From positions 1,568,001 through 1,632,000 of the forward strand of contig CAWFQB010000001.1 of NCBI GenBank assembly GCA_963817895.1: DNA of 64,000 nucleotides, written 5' to 3'. The stretch comes from an uncultured Chthonomonadaceae bacterium (GTDB taxonomy: Bacteria; Armatimonadota; Chthonomonadetes; Chthonomonadales; Chthonomonadaceae). Below the pieces are notes generated by a model. That model saw only the letters and a program-made list of their open reading frames with translations. It was not told where the DNA came from and did no database searches. Both the position numbers and the translations under genes were made by a program. Positions 32,263 through 42,109 of this stretch are shown piece after piece. Every line of letters starts with the position of its first letter. Position 1 is the stretch's first letter.

Positions 32263-33609
32263 ATGTCGGACACTTTGCCTGCTGAAATCGAACCGACGGA
32301 CTACCTTGCCACGCTGCTGCAATTAGGGCAGTTGCTCAATTCCAGTCTGGACTTGAAACAGGTGCTGGAAACCGCCATTGAACAGGTCATTAGTTTTGTG
32401 GGCGCGGAGCGCGGATTTATCCTGCTGGTGGACATAGAAACGGGGCGCGTATGGGGTGAGGCCGTGCGCAACATCGAAAAGAGAGCGTTGGAAGCCACGC
32501 TCGGCGACATCGGCGGCGTGAATCAGGCGGAAATCAGCCGCTACATCGTGGAAAGCGCATTGGACACGCGGCAGCCGATTCTCTCCGTCAACGCAATGGA
32601 AGACCCCCGATTCGCGAACCGGCAGAGTGTGCAGTTGACGCATCTGCGCTCGGTCTGCTGCGTGCCGCTTATGGCGCAGGGGCGGTTGTTGGGCATCATT
32701 TATATTGACAACCGCTTGAAATCGGGCGTGTTTACCGAACGGCATCTCGCCATGCTATCGGCGTTTGGCAATCAGGCCGCAGTCGCCATCCAGAACGCCC
32801 GCTTGTACGACAATCTAAGAGGCAGTCTTGAAGAGCGTTTGCGACTGCAAGATGAGTTGCACACGCAGGAAACGCAGCGGCTTGCTTTGGAAGAGGCCAG
32901 CCGCCTGAAATCGGACTTTATCGGGTTTGTCGCCCACGAACTGCGCAATCCGCTGACCACAATACGGGGCTACGTGCAAACAATTCTAGCGGACGAAGAG
33001 CAGACGCTGGATGAGGAGACGAAACACGAGTTTTACGAGGCGATTGAGGCCGATTCCGACCGCCTGCTGGACATGATTAACGAACTGCTGGACGTGTCCC
33101 GACTGGAAGCGGGCCGTCCCCTGTCACTGTCGCAGAAGGAAGTGGATTTGCGCGGCCTGCTGGAAAAAGTGGCGAGGCGGCACAAGTTCTACAAGTTTTT
33201 CACGCCGCAGCACAGCATCGCCACCGACCTTGCGGACGATTTGCCCGAAACGATTACCGCCGATGAGGACAAACTGAACCAAATCCTGTCCAACCTCCTC
33301 AGCAACGCCATCAAATACTCCCCGGACGGCGGCCAGATTACGCTCACGGCGCGTTGGGAGCGGGAAGGGCAGATGCTCATCAGCGTAAAAGACAGCGGCG
33401 TGGGCATGTCGCAGGAGCAGTGCGGGCGCTTGTTCCGGCAGTACGAGCGCATTGACCGCGATTCCATCAAGAACATTCCCGGCACGGGATTGGGCCTGTA
33501 TCTCGTGAAAAGCCTCGTGGAACTGCACGGCGGCGAAATCTCCTGCGAAAGCGCGCCGGGGCAGGGCAGCGCCTTCCTCGTCCGCCTCCCCGTTCCACAG
33601 CCCGCGTAA
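32263..33609 (+). CDS. GAF-domain sensor histidine kinase
   Basis: GAF (RSVCCVPLMAQGRLLGIIYID), H-box FVAHELRNPLT, NLLSNAIKYS, DSGVG, GTGLGL. Confidence 0.95.
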   Translation: MSDTLPAEIEPTDYLATLLQLGQLLNSSLDLKQVLETAIEQVISFVGAERGFILLVDIETGRVWGEAVRNIEKRALEATLGDIGGVNQAEISRYIVESALDTRQPILSVNAMEDPRFANRQSVQLTHLRSVCCVPLMAQGRLLGIIYIDNRLKSGVFTERHLAMLSAFGNQAAVAIQNARLYDNLRGSLEERLRLQDELHTQETQRLALEEASRLKSDFIGFVAHELRNPLTTIRGYVQTILADEEQTLDEETKHEFYEAIEADSDRLLDMINELLDVSRLEAGRPLSLSQKEVDLRGLLEKVARRHKFYKFFTPQHSIATDLADDLPETITADEDKLNQILSNLLSNAIKYSPDGGQITLTARWEREGQMLISVKDSGVGMSQEQCGRLFRQYERIDRDSIKNIPGTGLGLYLVKSLVELHGGEISCESAPGQGSAFLVRLPVPQPA

Positions 33610-33680
33610 ATTGTCTTGCTCTCAGTAAAATAGAAGTGTTCGAGACGATTATCTATGATTGGCGGCGATAGTCAAAAACA

Positions 33681-33708
33681 GTGGGCAGGCACATGGATGC
33701 CTGCCCAC
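33681..33708. terminator. hairpin between convergent genes (terminator or REP-like)
   Basis: GTGGGCAGGCA-CATGGA-TGCCTGCCCAC, 11-bp perfect stem. Confidence 0.6.
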
Positions 33709-33733
33709 AAAGTGCCTCAGTGAACCACGAGCT

Positions 33734-34516
33734 TTAATGAGGTGAGTATTTCGGCATAATTTCCTCAATTATTTTCTTTTGGCCTATAGGTGTCAGCGCA
33801 ACTTCACTGTCACCTACTGGGCGAATCTGCTTCTGCGTTATTAGGCGGGAAAGAGCAGTATTAACGTTGCTCGGTTTTTGGTCTGCGGCTTGCTCACGCA
33901 ATTCAGCGCGTGTTAATCGGTTGTTTGGAGCATGAAACAAGAGTAACAGTATCTCTTCAGGTGCAGTTAGGTTTGTGGCAAGTACAAGAGGCTTACCGTC
34001 CAATTCATGAATGATGGAATGTTGAAGCTGAACAATTTGCTCTATCGTCTCAGCTATAACCTTTCTGTCTTTGTTCCAAGCTAATCGTAGGAACTCAGCG
34101 AACATCCATTTGCATGAATGTAGTACAAGCATTGCATCCATGTAATTCGCGCTGAATTCTGATGAGATGTGAACAACTCCTCGATCTGAACGAAATTCGT
34201 ATACCATTCCGAGAACTTTGCAAAAGTGAGTACGTTCTTTCTGGCCTAGTTTATGAGTCCGCTTTTTGTCGCGGTCAATTAATCCTTCTGCAACCTCACC
34301 GGGGGTAACTGTATGGCTAGGCAACCCTAGGTCAATCTGACGCATTGCCCGTGCGACGGCTTCGCAGAAGCGTCCGCCGTCCAGTTCCGAGGGCTTCCAG
34401 TCACCAGCAAGAAAGCGTTGTTGCATTTCAATATAGGATTGGACGAACTCACAAGCAAATGCCGAGTCAACAAGTGTTGAAAGTTCACTGATAAGTTGTT
34501 CAGAAGTTAGTTTCAT
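33734..34516 (-). CDS. HEPN (Abi_C-like) domain protein with C-terminal winged helix
   Basis: GGRFCEAVAR helix and YEFRSDRGVVH Rx4-6H motif; C-terminal wHTH-like ...LSRLITQKQI...VALTPIG; AT-rich. Confidence 0.65.
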   Translation of the reverse strand: MKLTSEQLISELSTLVDSAFACEFVQSYIEMQQRFLAGDWKPSELDGGRFCEAVARAMRQIDLGLPSHTVTPGEVAEGLIDRDKKRTHKLGQKERTHFCKVLGMVYEFRSDRGVVHISSEFSANYMDAMLVLHSCKWMFAEFLRLAWNKDRKVIAETIEQIVQLQHSIIHELDGKPLVLATNLTAPEEILLLLFHAPNNRLTRAELREQAADQKPSNVNTALSRLITQKQIRPVGDSEVALTPIGQKKIIEEIMPKYSPH

Positions 34517-35850
34517 GTTGCTGTCTCTGGTTTGCCAGAACTTGGCGCTACCAATGCGATAGGAGAAGAATTGGCTATTCTCTCTGCGTGTTCCATTCCC
34601 GGCGGCAAGATTTGGAAGGTGATACCTGTCACCTTTTCCACTTTACCTTCCGCTGCCTTCGACTTCAAGGCTGTTTCAAGATTACGCCCATTTACACGTA
34701 TTTCAAATGCCTCCCACAGAAACTGAGCAAGTTTATCTCTTGAAACCTGTTTGCCGACTTCGTTCAACGCAAGTCGAATAGCCCAAAGCCCGAACAGTGC
34801 CTTGTCCAAGTTAGTTCGATCTTTGACAGCCTTATGTCCATCAACGTCTAGACCAAGGGACTTCCATTTACCAACCCACTCTTTAATGCCTTTCGACGGA
34901 GTGTTTGCTTTACGCCTTGTTGGCTGTTCAGCCGGGTTGGATTGACCTTCTGTTGATGTATTTTCCTTACCTCGTTTCGTCCGGCCTGTCGCATCGGGCA
35001 TCCATCCTGCATCCGTACTTGCGTCAAGCACCTCGCTTAGTACCTTAACGGCTTCTTCACGGCCTGATTGCACTAGCCTAATTTGATCATCTTCACGGCG
35101 AATATCAGAACTGTGAGCAAACCAGTTGCGGTAATTCGCATCATTGGCTGCTTGCTTCTCAACAATCGCATTCAGCAAAGCACGAGAAACGAATGTGTGT
35201 CCTGCTAACTCATGAGCATATAGGAACAAGTAAGTTAAGCGTTTAGAGTAGTCGAGTTTTCCAGATGCTTTCAGGCGTGTCTCCTCTAGTGCCAACTGAT
35301 CGCCATTATCACCTTCCATACGGAAAATGCGCTTCATCTTGGCTTCGTCAGTGTTGCCTTGTGCCACTGCCTGCGTATTGTCAGTAAAAGCTGTGTCAAC
35401 TACATCTTCTGACTTTTCTGTGTGACCCTCGGGAGTAGTTCCCGGCAATGCAAGCTGATTGGTTGGGGTAGCATTGCCATTGCGCGGCGGACGACCATTT
35501 GTTATTTTGCCCGTGTCAAGGCTGTTTGTGATGAGAGAGCCTAACGTCCCGCCTAAATAGCTGAAAGCCACATCTGTGAGTTCTGCATCAAGAGATGCTT
35601 CTTCGTGCTTAGACTTCTGATGTCGCCAATGAATTTGGCTGGTCGTTTGAGGATTTTGAGGCATTTCGAGAGTAGGCTGTTTTTCCACTACAGAAATAGC
35701 CATGCCACAAAACACACAGAAATCTTCGTCTGCTTCAAGCAACTCGACACAATTTACATTTTTGCAGCGAAATTGGCGTCCACATTTTTTGCAGTGAAAT
35801 CCTCTCTGCGGAAGCAAATTGCCACAAGAAAAACATGAATGTTCGTTCAA
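34513..35850 (-). CDS. double zinc-ribbon protein with two probable winged-helix domains
   Basis: CFSC/CKKC/CKNVNC/CVFC at N-terminus; GGAG RBS before TTG; ATGA overlap with next gene. Confidence 0.7.
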   Translation of the reverse strand: MNEHSCFSCGNLLPQRGFHCKKCGRQFRCKNVNCVELLEADEDFCVFCGMAISVVEKQPTLEMPQNPQTTSQIHWRHQKSKHEEASLDAELTDVAFSYLGGTLGSLITNSLDTGKITNGRPPRNGNATPTNQLALPGTTPEGHTEKSEDVVDTAFTDNTQAVAQGNTDEAKMKRIFRMEGDNGDQLALEETRLKASGKLDYSKRLTYLFLYAHELAGHTFVSRALLNAIVEKQAANDANYRNWFAHSSDIRREDDQIRLVQSGREEAVKVLSEVLDASTDAGWMPDATGRTKRGKENTSTEGQSNPAEQPTRRKANTPSKGIKEWVGKWKSLGLDVDGHKAVKDRTNLDKALFGLWAIRLALNEVGKQVSRDKLAQFLWEAFEIRVNGRNLETALKSKAAEGKVEKVTGITFQILPPGMEHAERIANSSPIALVAPSSGKPETAT

Positions 35851-36331
35851 CGTTGGTTACTCCACAACAATATGACATGAGAATCAGTAGTAATTATAGC
35901 ACTTCTGGCCGAGATATGAATTCTGCATGGGCTGATACAAACGCTGATTGCCTTGTTGTACTCTTCCCACTCATCACAACTGACCTTTAATAAACCAACA
36001 TAGTTGCACAACCTGCTTCAGTTCGCGAACAAAGTTCTATTCAGATTCGGTAGACAGCAAAGTGCAGACTTGCAGAGGTTACGGACGTATCTGCTACAAT
36101 AACACAGGTGGGTACAAGGCAATGGCTACGTGGCAGGAAATGGGTGAGGAGAATTTGAAGGCGGCGCAGACACTGCTTGCCGAGGAACACTATCGCAGCA
36201 GCGTGACGCGCTCTTACTACGCTGTGTACTGCCTGATGACGAGCGAGTTGGTCAAGCGCGGAGCCAGTTTTCCGCGTGGCTGGAATAATCCTGCGCACGA
36301 TCAGCCTCCCGATATGGTCTTGAATAATACA

Positions 36332-37756
36332 CAGTATCTTTGCACTTTTGGGTTCAGGCCGCCAAGAGTAGCTGCACCTGCTCTGGCGTGGTTCCTTGTT
36401 GGTAGTGGTCGAATACCCATTGCAGCAGATTGTTCTGGTGTTGTGCCTGTATTTGGCGTCTCATGTGTCCGATACTGACACTTTGCTGTCTGTTCTCAAC
36501 CCTCGGCTTCGGTAGAGAGGCGCGTTGTTCTTCCAGAAACACGTAGGCCAGACACGCAAGCGTCCAGAAGCGCACGACGGCAACATCGCTCATCATCTGG
36601 TAGTGGTCGGTGCCGAAGAGTTCCTTGACATCGGCAAAGAACGTCTCGATGTGCCAGCGGACGGCGATAATGGCAACAAGCGTTGGGGTGTCCGCGTCTA
36701 CCAGACTGCTGACGTAGAAGGTTGTCTTGTGCGGCGGATCCTCCAGGTGACGCTTCACGCACAGCACTTGACACGCGCCTAACTTGCGCACCAGCGTTCG
36801 CCGCCGATGCACCCAGAGAACCTGCCCGCCCGTGTCCGAAGGCCAGACCACCTTCTCGAACTGCTCGTCCGTCACAGATGCGGCGTAAACCGACAGCTTT
36901 TGCCAGACTTTGTTTCCCTGCGCGTCCGTCACGCGCAGACTGCGGTTGCAGGCTAGACCGCCGCTGAGGTCGAAGCCGCGTTGCTTGGCCGCTTTCCACA
37001 GCGCTTTGTTCATGTACCACGCATCTACCAGCGCATGCGTGTGCGTGTCGGGGGCAGGGACAAAGGTTTGCACACACGAAACCGCCATCGCGACCTTGCT
37101 CACGAACGGCGTTTCTTGCGCTTGGCACACGTTCTTGGTCCGGTACATACGTGGCAGCAAGGGACAACGCCTGCCAACAAGCACATACAACGCTTGAAAC
37201 AGGCTATGCCCGCTCACCCGCTTGCCGTGTGTGCTGCTGTGGTGACGCCCTAAACCGCGCATCGTTTTGGCATACGGCTTGGCATGGGTGCTGTCATCCA
37301 TAATCAGGTAACCGGTGAGCAGGGTTGCCTTCGGACGACCGGGCGCTTTGCCGCGCTGTTGTCGTTGGTGTTGATGCGCGTACTGAACGCTTGCTTGCTG
37401 CTGTTGCCGAAAACGGGCTTGCCACTGCTCTGCTAAAGCGGCTTCGCTCCACGGCGCACGGGCAAAGAAGCGCGACAGTCCGGCTAAAGTGACACTGCAT
37501 TGCACTTTGTGCAACATTCCTGAGAGTGTGCGTCGGTCTTCGACTTGCATGAGCGCCAGCAGTACGGTTTCGAGGTACTTGAACTGAGGCTTGCTGAACA
37601 CGCAACGAAATGCGGCTAGGAATTGACAAAGTGCCTGACTTGCGCAGATAATAGGAGTGGGCATGGTTTTCCTCGGGAATGGATGGTTGGCACTTTCCAT
37701 TTTCCACAAAGAAAGCCATGTCCGCTACCCCTTCTTCAAAAAGTGCAAAGATACTG
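36332..37756 (-). mobile_element. complete 1425-bp IS701-like insertion sequence
   Basis: Perfect 18-bp terminal inverted repeats CAGTATCTTTGCACTTTT; 6-bp target duplication AATACA at 36326-36331 and 37757-37762. Confidence 0.95.
36354..37664 (-). CDS. IS701-family DDE transposase
   Basis: LSRFFARAPWSE, LIMDDS, LVDAWY, RWHIETFFADVKELFG. Confidence 0.9.
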   Translation of the reverse strand: MPTPIICASQALCQFLAAFRCVFSKPQFKYLETVLLALMQVEDRRTLSGMLHKVQCSVTLAGLSRFFARAPWSEAALAEQWQARFRQQQQASVQYAHQHQRQQRGKAPGRPKATLLTGYLIMDDSTHAKPYAKTMRGLGRHHSSTHGKRVSGHSLFQALYVLVGRRCPLLPRMYRTKNVCQAQETPFVSKVAMAVSCVQTFVPAPDTHTHALVDAWYMNKALWKAAKQRGFDLSGGLACNRSLRVTDAQGNKVWQKLSVYAASVTDEQFEKVVWPSDTGGQVLWVHRRRTLVRKLGACQVLCVKRHLEDPPHKTTFYVSSLVDADTPTLVAIIAVRWHIETFFADVKELFGTDHYQMMSDVAVVRFWTLACLAYVFLEEQRASLPKPRVENRQQSVSIGHMRRQIQAQHQNNLLQWVFDHYQQGTTPEQVQLLLAA

Positions 37757-37925
37757 AATACAGATTTTCCGCAAAACATCCGCCGCCGATTACGACAAAC
37801 GTTAGTTGTTCTGCGGCGGGCAAGAGAAGACGCAGATTATCGCCCTGTAGCAAATGTAGGCCGTGACATTGCATTAGAAGGTTTACGACGCGCAGATGCC
37901 TTCTTACGTGATCTGGAGAGAACCA

Positions 37926-38204
37926 ATGGCAGAGCAAAATGAACATACGGTTGCGGAAACGGTCAGCCAGTACCTCAAAGATTGTCACCCGGATGGCATT
38001 ACGTTTACGGTGATTGAGGAGGAGGTCAAGCAGGATGAGTTCGGCTGGAAGGTTCCGGTGCTTCTGGATAAAGAGCCGCGCAAGCTCTTCCCTTACTACG
38101 AAGCCCTTGCGGATGTAGAAATCGCGCTGCAAGATGAAGCGCATCTCAAAGTGCTGTTAATTCCGGCCTTCGACCTGATTGACGCGGCAAAGGAAGCCGC
38201 TTAA
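37926..38204 (+). CDS. small acidic partner of the HEPN gene (putative antitoxin)
   Basis: Overlaps HEPN 3' end; 92 aa, acidic; GGAG RBS upstream. Confidence 0.65.
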   Translation: MAEQNEHTVAETVSQYLKDCHPDGITFTVIEEEVKQDEFGWKVPVLLDKEPRKLFPYYEALADVEIALQDEAHLKVLLIPAFDLIDAAKEAA

Positions 38205-38240
38205 CCTTTCAGAAGACAAAATCCCGCAATTTCAGGAACT

Positions 38241-38342
38241 CTGACACCAGGCGCGAAAATCACCCTTGCCGTCCATTGTCATCAAACGGAAGGCGGACAG
38301 GGCGTAGACATTGGCTTTGCTGATGTAGTTGAAAACCATTAG
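38241..38342 (+). pseudogene. orphan 3' fragment of a glycoside-hydrolase-associated beta-sandwich domain
   Basis: LTPGAKITLAVHCHQTEGGQGVDIGFADVVENH* with no upstream gene body. Confidence 0.5.
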
Positions 38343-38362
38343 TTTAATTGAGAAGGCTGTTG

Positions 38363-38569
38363 ATGACCCGAATGGAAGCGTTGATACAAGAGGCAGAAGA
38401 CGTTCCCGAAGTTCTGCTGGATGAAACGCTGGACTTCCTGTGTTTTCTCAAGACCCGATACAATCAAGAGGCGCGTAGCGAATGCATGGAAACGATGCTG
38501 CTCAGTGAATCCGCGCTGGCGAAAGATTGGCTGCGCCCGGAGGAGGACGAGGCATGGCGGGATTTATGA
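38363..38569 (+). CDS. DUF2281-like protein (putative antitoxin)
   Basis: LLDETLDFLCFLK...LLSESALAKDWLRPEEDEAWRDL. Confidence 0.8.
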   Translation: MTRMEALIQEAEDVPEVLLDETLDFLCFLKTRYNQEARSECMETMLLSESALAKDWLRPEEDEAWRDL

Positions 38570-39743
38570 AGTTCTACGCTGTTGTAGGGAGCCTGTTCCT
38601 GTTGATAATAGCGTGTATGGCGCAGGGACAGGAGCCGTTGCAGGTGGTTCAGGCGCGGGACGGCCTGCCCAATGTGTTCGCGAAACTGCGGGCGAACAAG
38701 CCGGTTACGATTGTCTACTTCGGCGGCTCTATTACCGCAGGGGCGGGCGCGAGCAATGGCGACCTGACTTCCTATCGCGCCCGCGTCGGGCAGTGGTTTG
38801 AAACCACGTTTCCCAACAGCAAAATCACCAATGTCAACGCGGCGATTGGCGGCACGGGTTCCGATCTGGGCGCGTTTCGGACAAGCCGGGACGTGCTGGC
38901 GCACAAGCCCGATCTGGTGTTTGTGGAATATGCCGTCAACGATGGCGGCGCGGCGCCCGATATGATTGACCGCAGCATGGAGGGCATTGTCCGGCAAATC
39001 CGCCGCGCCAATTCCGCAACGGACATTTGCTTCGTGTATACCTTTGTGGTCGGCTGGCTGAATGACTTCAAGGCGGGGCGGCTGGTTCGTTCCATACAGC
39101 GCGACGAGGTTGTTGCCGAACACTATGGAATTCCCGCCGTCAATGTCGCCCTGCCCGCCGCCCGAAAACTGATTGACGGCGGCATGACGAGCGAGCAGTT
39201 TTCCAAAGACGGCGTTCACCCGACTGATGCGGGCTACCAGATTTACACCGATACGCTTGTCGGCTTTCTGGATACGGAAAAACAACGCGCCGCGCCTGCC
39301 CGAAAGTTCCGCCTGCCCAAACCGTTACGCGCCGACAGTTTAGAGTACGCCAAAATGCTCGACCCCGCTTCCATGCTGCCGGTTGCCGCAGGCTGGCAGG
39401 TGGAAGAGAAAACCAATAATCGAGACTTTCCCAAACTGCTGGTCAGCGACACGCCGGGTTCGGAAGCGACTCTCTGGTTTACCGGCCCGACATTGGGCGC
39501 GTTCTATGTGCTTGGCCCGGACACGGGCGCGTTCGATTACCGCATTGACGATGGCAACTGGCAAAAATGTGACCCTTCGACGTATTCGCCAAAGGCTACG
39601 CGCGTTCCAGTTATCGCCTGCTGACTGACAACCTGAAAAACGAGCGGCACAATGTCACTCTCCGTATTCGCGCCGACCACAACCCCGACAGCAAAGGCAA
39701 CTGGACGCGCATCGGGTTTCTGCTGACCAATCCGGGCCTCTGA
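38566..39743 (+). CDS. secreted SGNH/GDSL hydrolase (frame change near 39575)
   Basis: YFGGSITAG, NAAIGGTGS, FVEYAVND, DGVHPTDAG. Confidence 0.88.
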
Positions 39744-39789
39744 AATCATCGTGGCCTACTCCCCTGCCGCTGTGCTATAATATAGCACT

Positions 39790-41139
39790 ATGACCCTGCG
39801 AAATCTTCTTACTCCGCTTGCCTTAGTGGGCATTGCGGCTACCATTCTCTTCAGCGAGCGCGTGGTTGCGCCGCCCGCCAAAGACGACAAAATCCACATC
39901 AAATACTGGGAGAAATGGACGGGCATCGAGGGCGACGCCATCAAAGCCACCGTTGACGAGTTTAACCGTTCCCAAAACCGAATTCATGTGGATTTGCTGA
40001 CCATCAGCAGCATCGAGCGCAAAACCCTGCTCGCCACTGCGGGGGGCAATCCGCCGGATATTGCCGGCTTGTACGGCCCCAATGTCGCGCAGTACGCGGA
40101 TGATAACGCCGTTCAGCCCCTCGACGATTATTGCAGGCGCAATGGCATTTCGCGCGACCAGTATATTCCCGTGTATTGGGATATGGGTTCGTATCACGGC
40201 CATCAGTACGCGCTGCCCTCCGTGCCGGGTTCGGTCGCGCTGCACTACCGCCGGGATATGTTCCGGGCGGCAGGCTTGAATCCCGACACGCCCCCGACCA
40301 CGTTTGAGGAGATGGACGCGGCCTCCCAGAAAATCACCACCTACACCGCCGACAAGAAGATAGATAAAGCCGGGTTCATGCCCTCCGAGCCGGGCTGGTG
40401 GGCGTGGTGCTGGGGCTACTACTTCGGCGGCAGTTTGTGGGACGGCAAGGATAAAATCACCGCTAACAGCCCGGAAAACGTCCGCGCCTTCGAGTGGATA
40501 CAATCCTACTCCAAAAAGTTCGGCGGCACGAACCTGCAAAGTTTCCACAGCGGATTGGGCAACTTTTCCAGCCCGCAAAACGGCTTTCTGGACGGCAAAG
40601 TGGCGATGGAACTACAGGGCGTGTGGATGTACAACTTCATCAACAAGTACGCGCCCAAAGTGGAGGCTCCAACCCGCGAATGGGGCGCGGCCCCGTTTCC
40701 GCATCCCGCCGACCGGCCCGATCTGGCAAACGGAACGATTGCCGATGAGGATATTCTCGTGATTCCGCGCGGCGCTCCGCACCCGGACGAGGCGTTCGAG
40801 TTCATCAAGTTTGTCGAGTCGCAAAAAGGCATGGAACTGCTGTGCCTGCTGCAAGGCAAACAATCCGCCCTGCGCAATGTCAGCGCTGAATTTTACAAAA
40901 AGCATCCCAATCCGTTTATCAAGTTGTTCGCCGACCTGCCGAGTGGCAAAAACGTGTTCACGCCGCCCAAAATAGGCATCTGGCCGGAGTACAGTGACGA
41001 AATCACCAACGCTTTCGACGAGATCTCCCTAGAAAAGAAGACGCCCAAAGAGGCGCTTGACGCGGTTCAGGCGCGGATGCAGCCCAAACTCGACGAGTAT
41101 CTGGAACAGTTGCGCAAACGCGCCTCTTCAACACCATGA
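39790..41139 (+). CDS. sugar ABC transporter substrate-binding protein
   Basis: YWEKWTG, AGGNPPDI, FLDGKVAMELQGVW, family 1 SBP pattern. Confidence 0.9.
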   Translation: MTLRNLLTPLALVGIAATILFSERVVAPPAKDDKIHIKYWEKWTGIEGDAIKATVDEFNRSQNRIHVDLLTISSIERKTLLATAGGNPPDIAGLYGPNVAQYADDNAVQPLDDYCRRNGISRDQYIPVYWDMGSYHGHQYALPSVPGSVALHYRRDMFRAAGLNPDTPPTTFEEMDAASQKITTYTADKKIDKAGFMPSEPGWWAWCWGYYFGGSLWDGKDKITANSPENVRAFEWIQSYSKKFGGTNLQSFHSGLGNFSSPQNGFLDGKVAMELQGVWMYNFINKYAPKVEAPTREWGAAPFPHPADRPDLANGTIADEDILVIPRGAPHPDEAFEFIKFVESQKGMELLCLLQGKQSALRNVSAEFYKKHPNPFIKLFADLPSGKNVFTPPKIGIWPEYSDEITNAFDEISLEKKTPKEALDAVQARMQPKLDEYLEQLRKRASSTP

Positions 41140-42096
41140 CCAACCCACAATCCACAACCCAAAATCGCCAATCGCAAAGCGCCAATCGTAAATCAAAAAT
41201 GGGCAGAGCCGCCCGTAACGAGGCGCTGACCGCGCTGCTGTTCGCGAGTCCGTGGCTTATCGGGTTCAGCGTGTTTATGTTGTATCCGCTTCTGGCCTCC
41301 ATCTATTACAGCTTCTGCGATTACTCCGTGCTGCGTCCGCCCGTGTATACCGGGCTGGCGAACTACCAGAATCTGACTGCGCGATCAGGTGTTCAAAGAC
41401 GCCTTCTGGAACACGTTCTGGTACGCCATTTACGCCCTGCCCATCAGCACGTTTGCCGCGCTCAGTCTCGCCCTGCTGCTCAACACCAAAGTGCGTGGCA
41501 TGACGTTTTACCGCGCTCTGTTTTACGTGCCGTCCCTCGTTCCCGCAGTGGCGACGGGCGTGTTGATTACGTGGATATTCAACGGGCAGCATGGCGTATT
41601 GAACGAACTTCTCAATCCGATTTTAGGTCGTTTCGGCTGGAAAGCGCCGCAATGGCTGGGCGATCCCGTCTGGTCGAAAGCGACCCTGATTATCATGGCG
41701 GCGTGGGGGGCGGGCAACGCGATGGTGATTTACCTCGCGGGGTTGCAGGACGTGCCGCAGCCCCTCTATGAAGCAGCGGATTTGGACGGCGCGAACTGGT
41801 GGCAGAAAACGCGCAACGTGACCATTCCCATGCTGTCGCCCGTGATTTTGTTCAACGTCATCATGGGACTGATTGGAACCCTTCAGGTGTTCACCGTGCC
41901 GTATCTGGTTTCGCCTGCCGGTTCGCCTGCCCGCTCGATTTATTTCTATACCATGTACCTGTTCGACAACGCTTTTATCTATCACAAAATGGGCTACGCC
42001 AGCGCGATGGGCTGGATCATGTTCCTCATCATTCTCGCGCTCACAATGCTGTCCCTGCGCCTGTCAAAACGCTTCGTGCATTACGGCTCTTCTTAA
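41136..42096 (+). CDS. sugar ABC transporter permease (frame change near 41382)
   Basis: SPWLIGF, LYEAADLDGA, YMFDNAF-like YLFDNAF...MGYASAMGW; repeat-encoded N-terminus. Confidence 0.9.
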
Positions 42097-42109
42097 AAGG
42101 AATGAACCC

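Larger units (their letters stand above)
36122..37942 (+). pseudogene. HEPN domain protein (129 aa reconstructed) interrupted by an IS
   Basis: 36122-36331 (SSVTRSYYAVY) joins 37763-37942 (LRRAREDADY) in frame once the IS and one TSD copy are removed. Confidence 0.88.
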
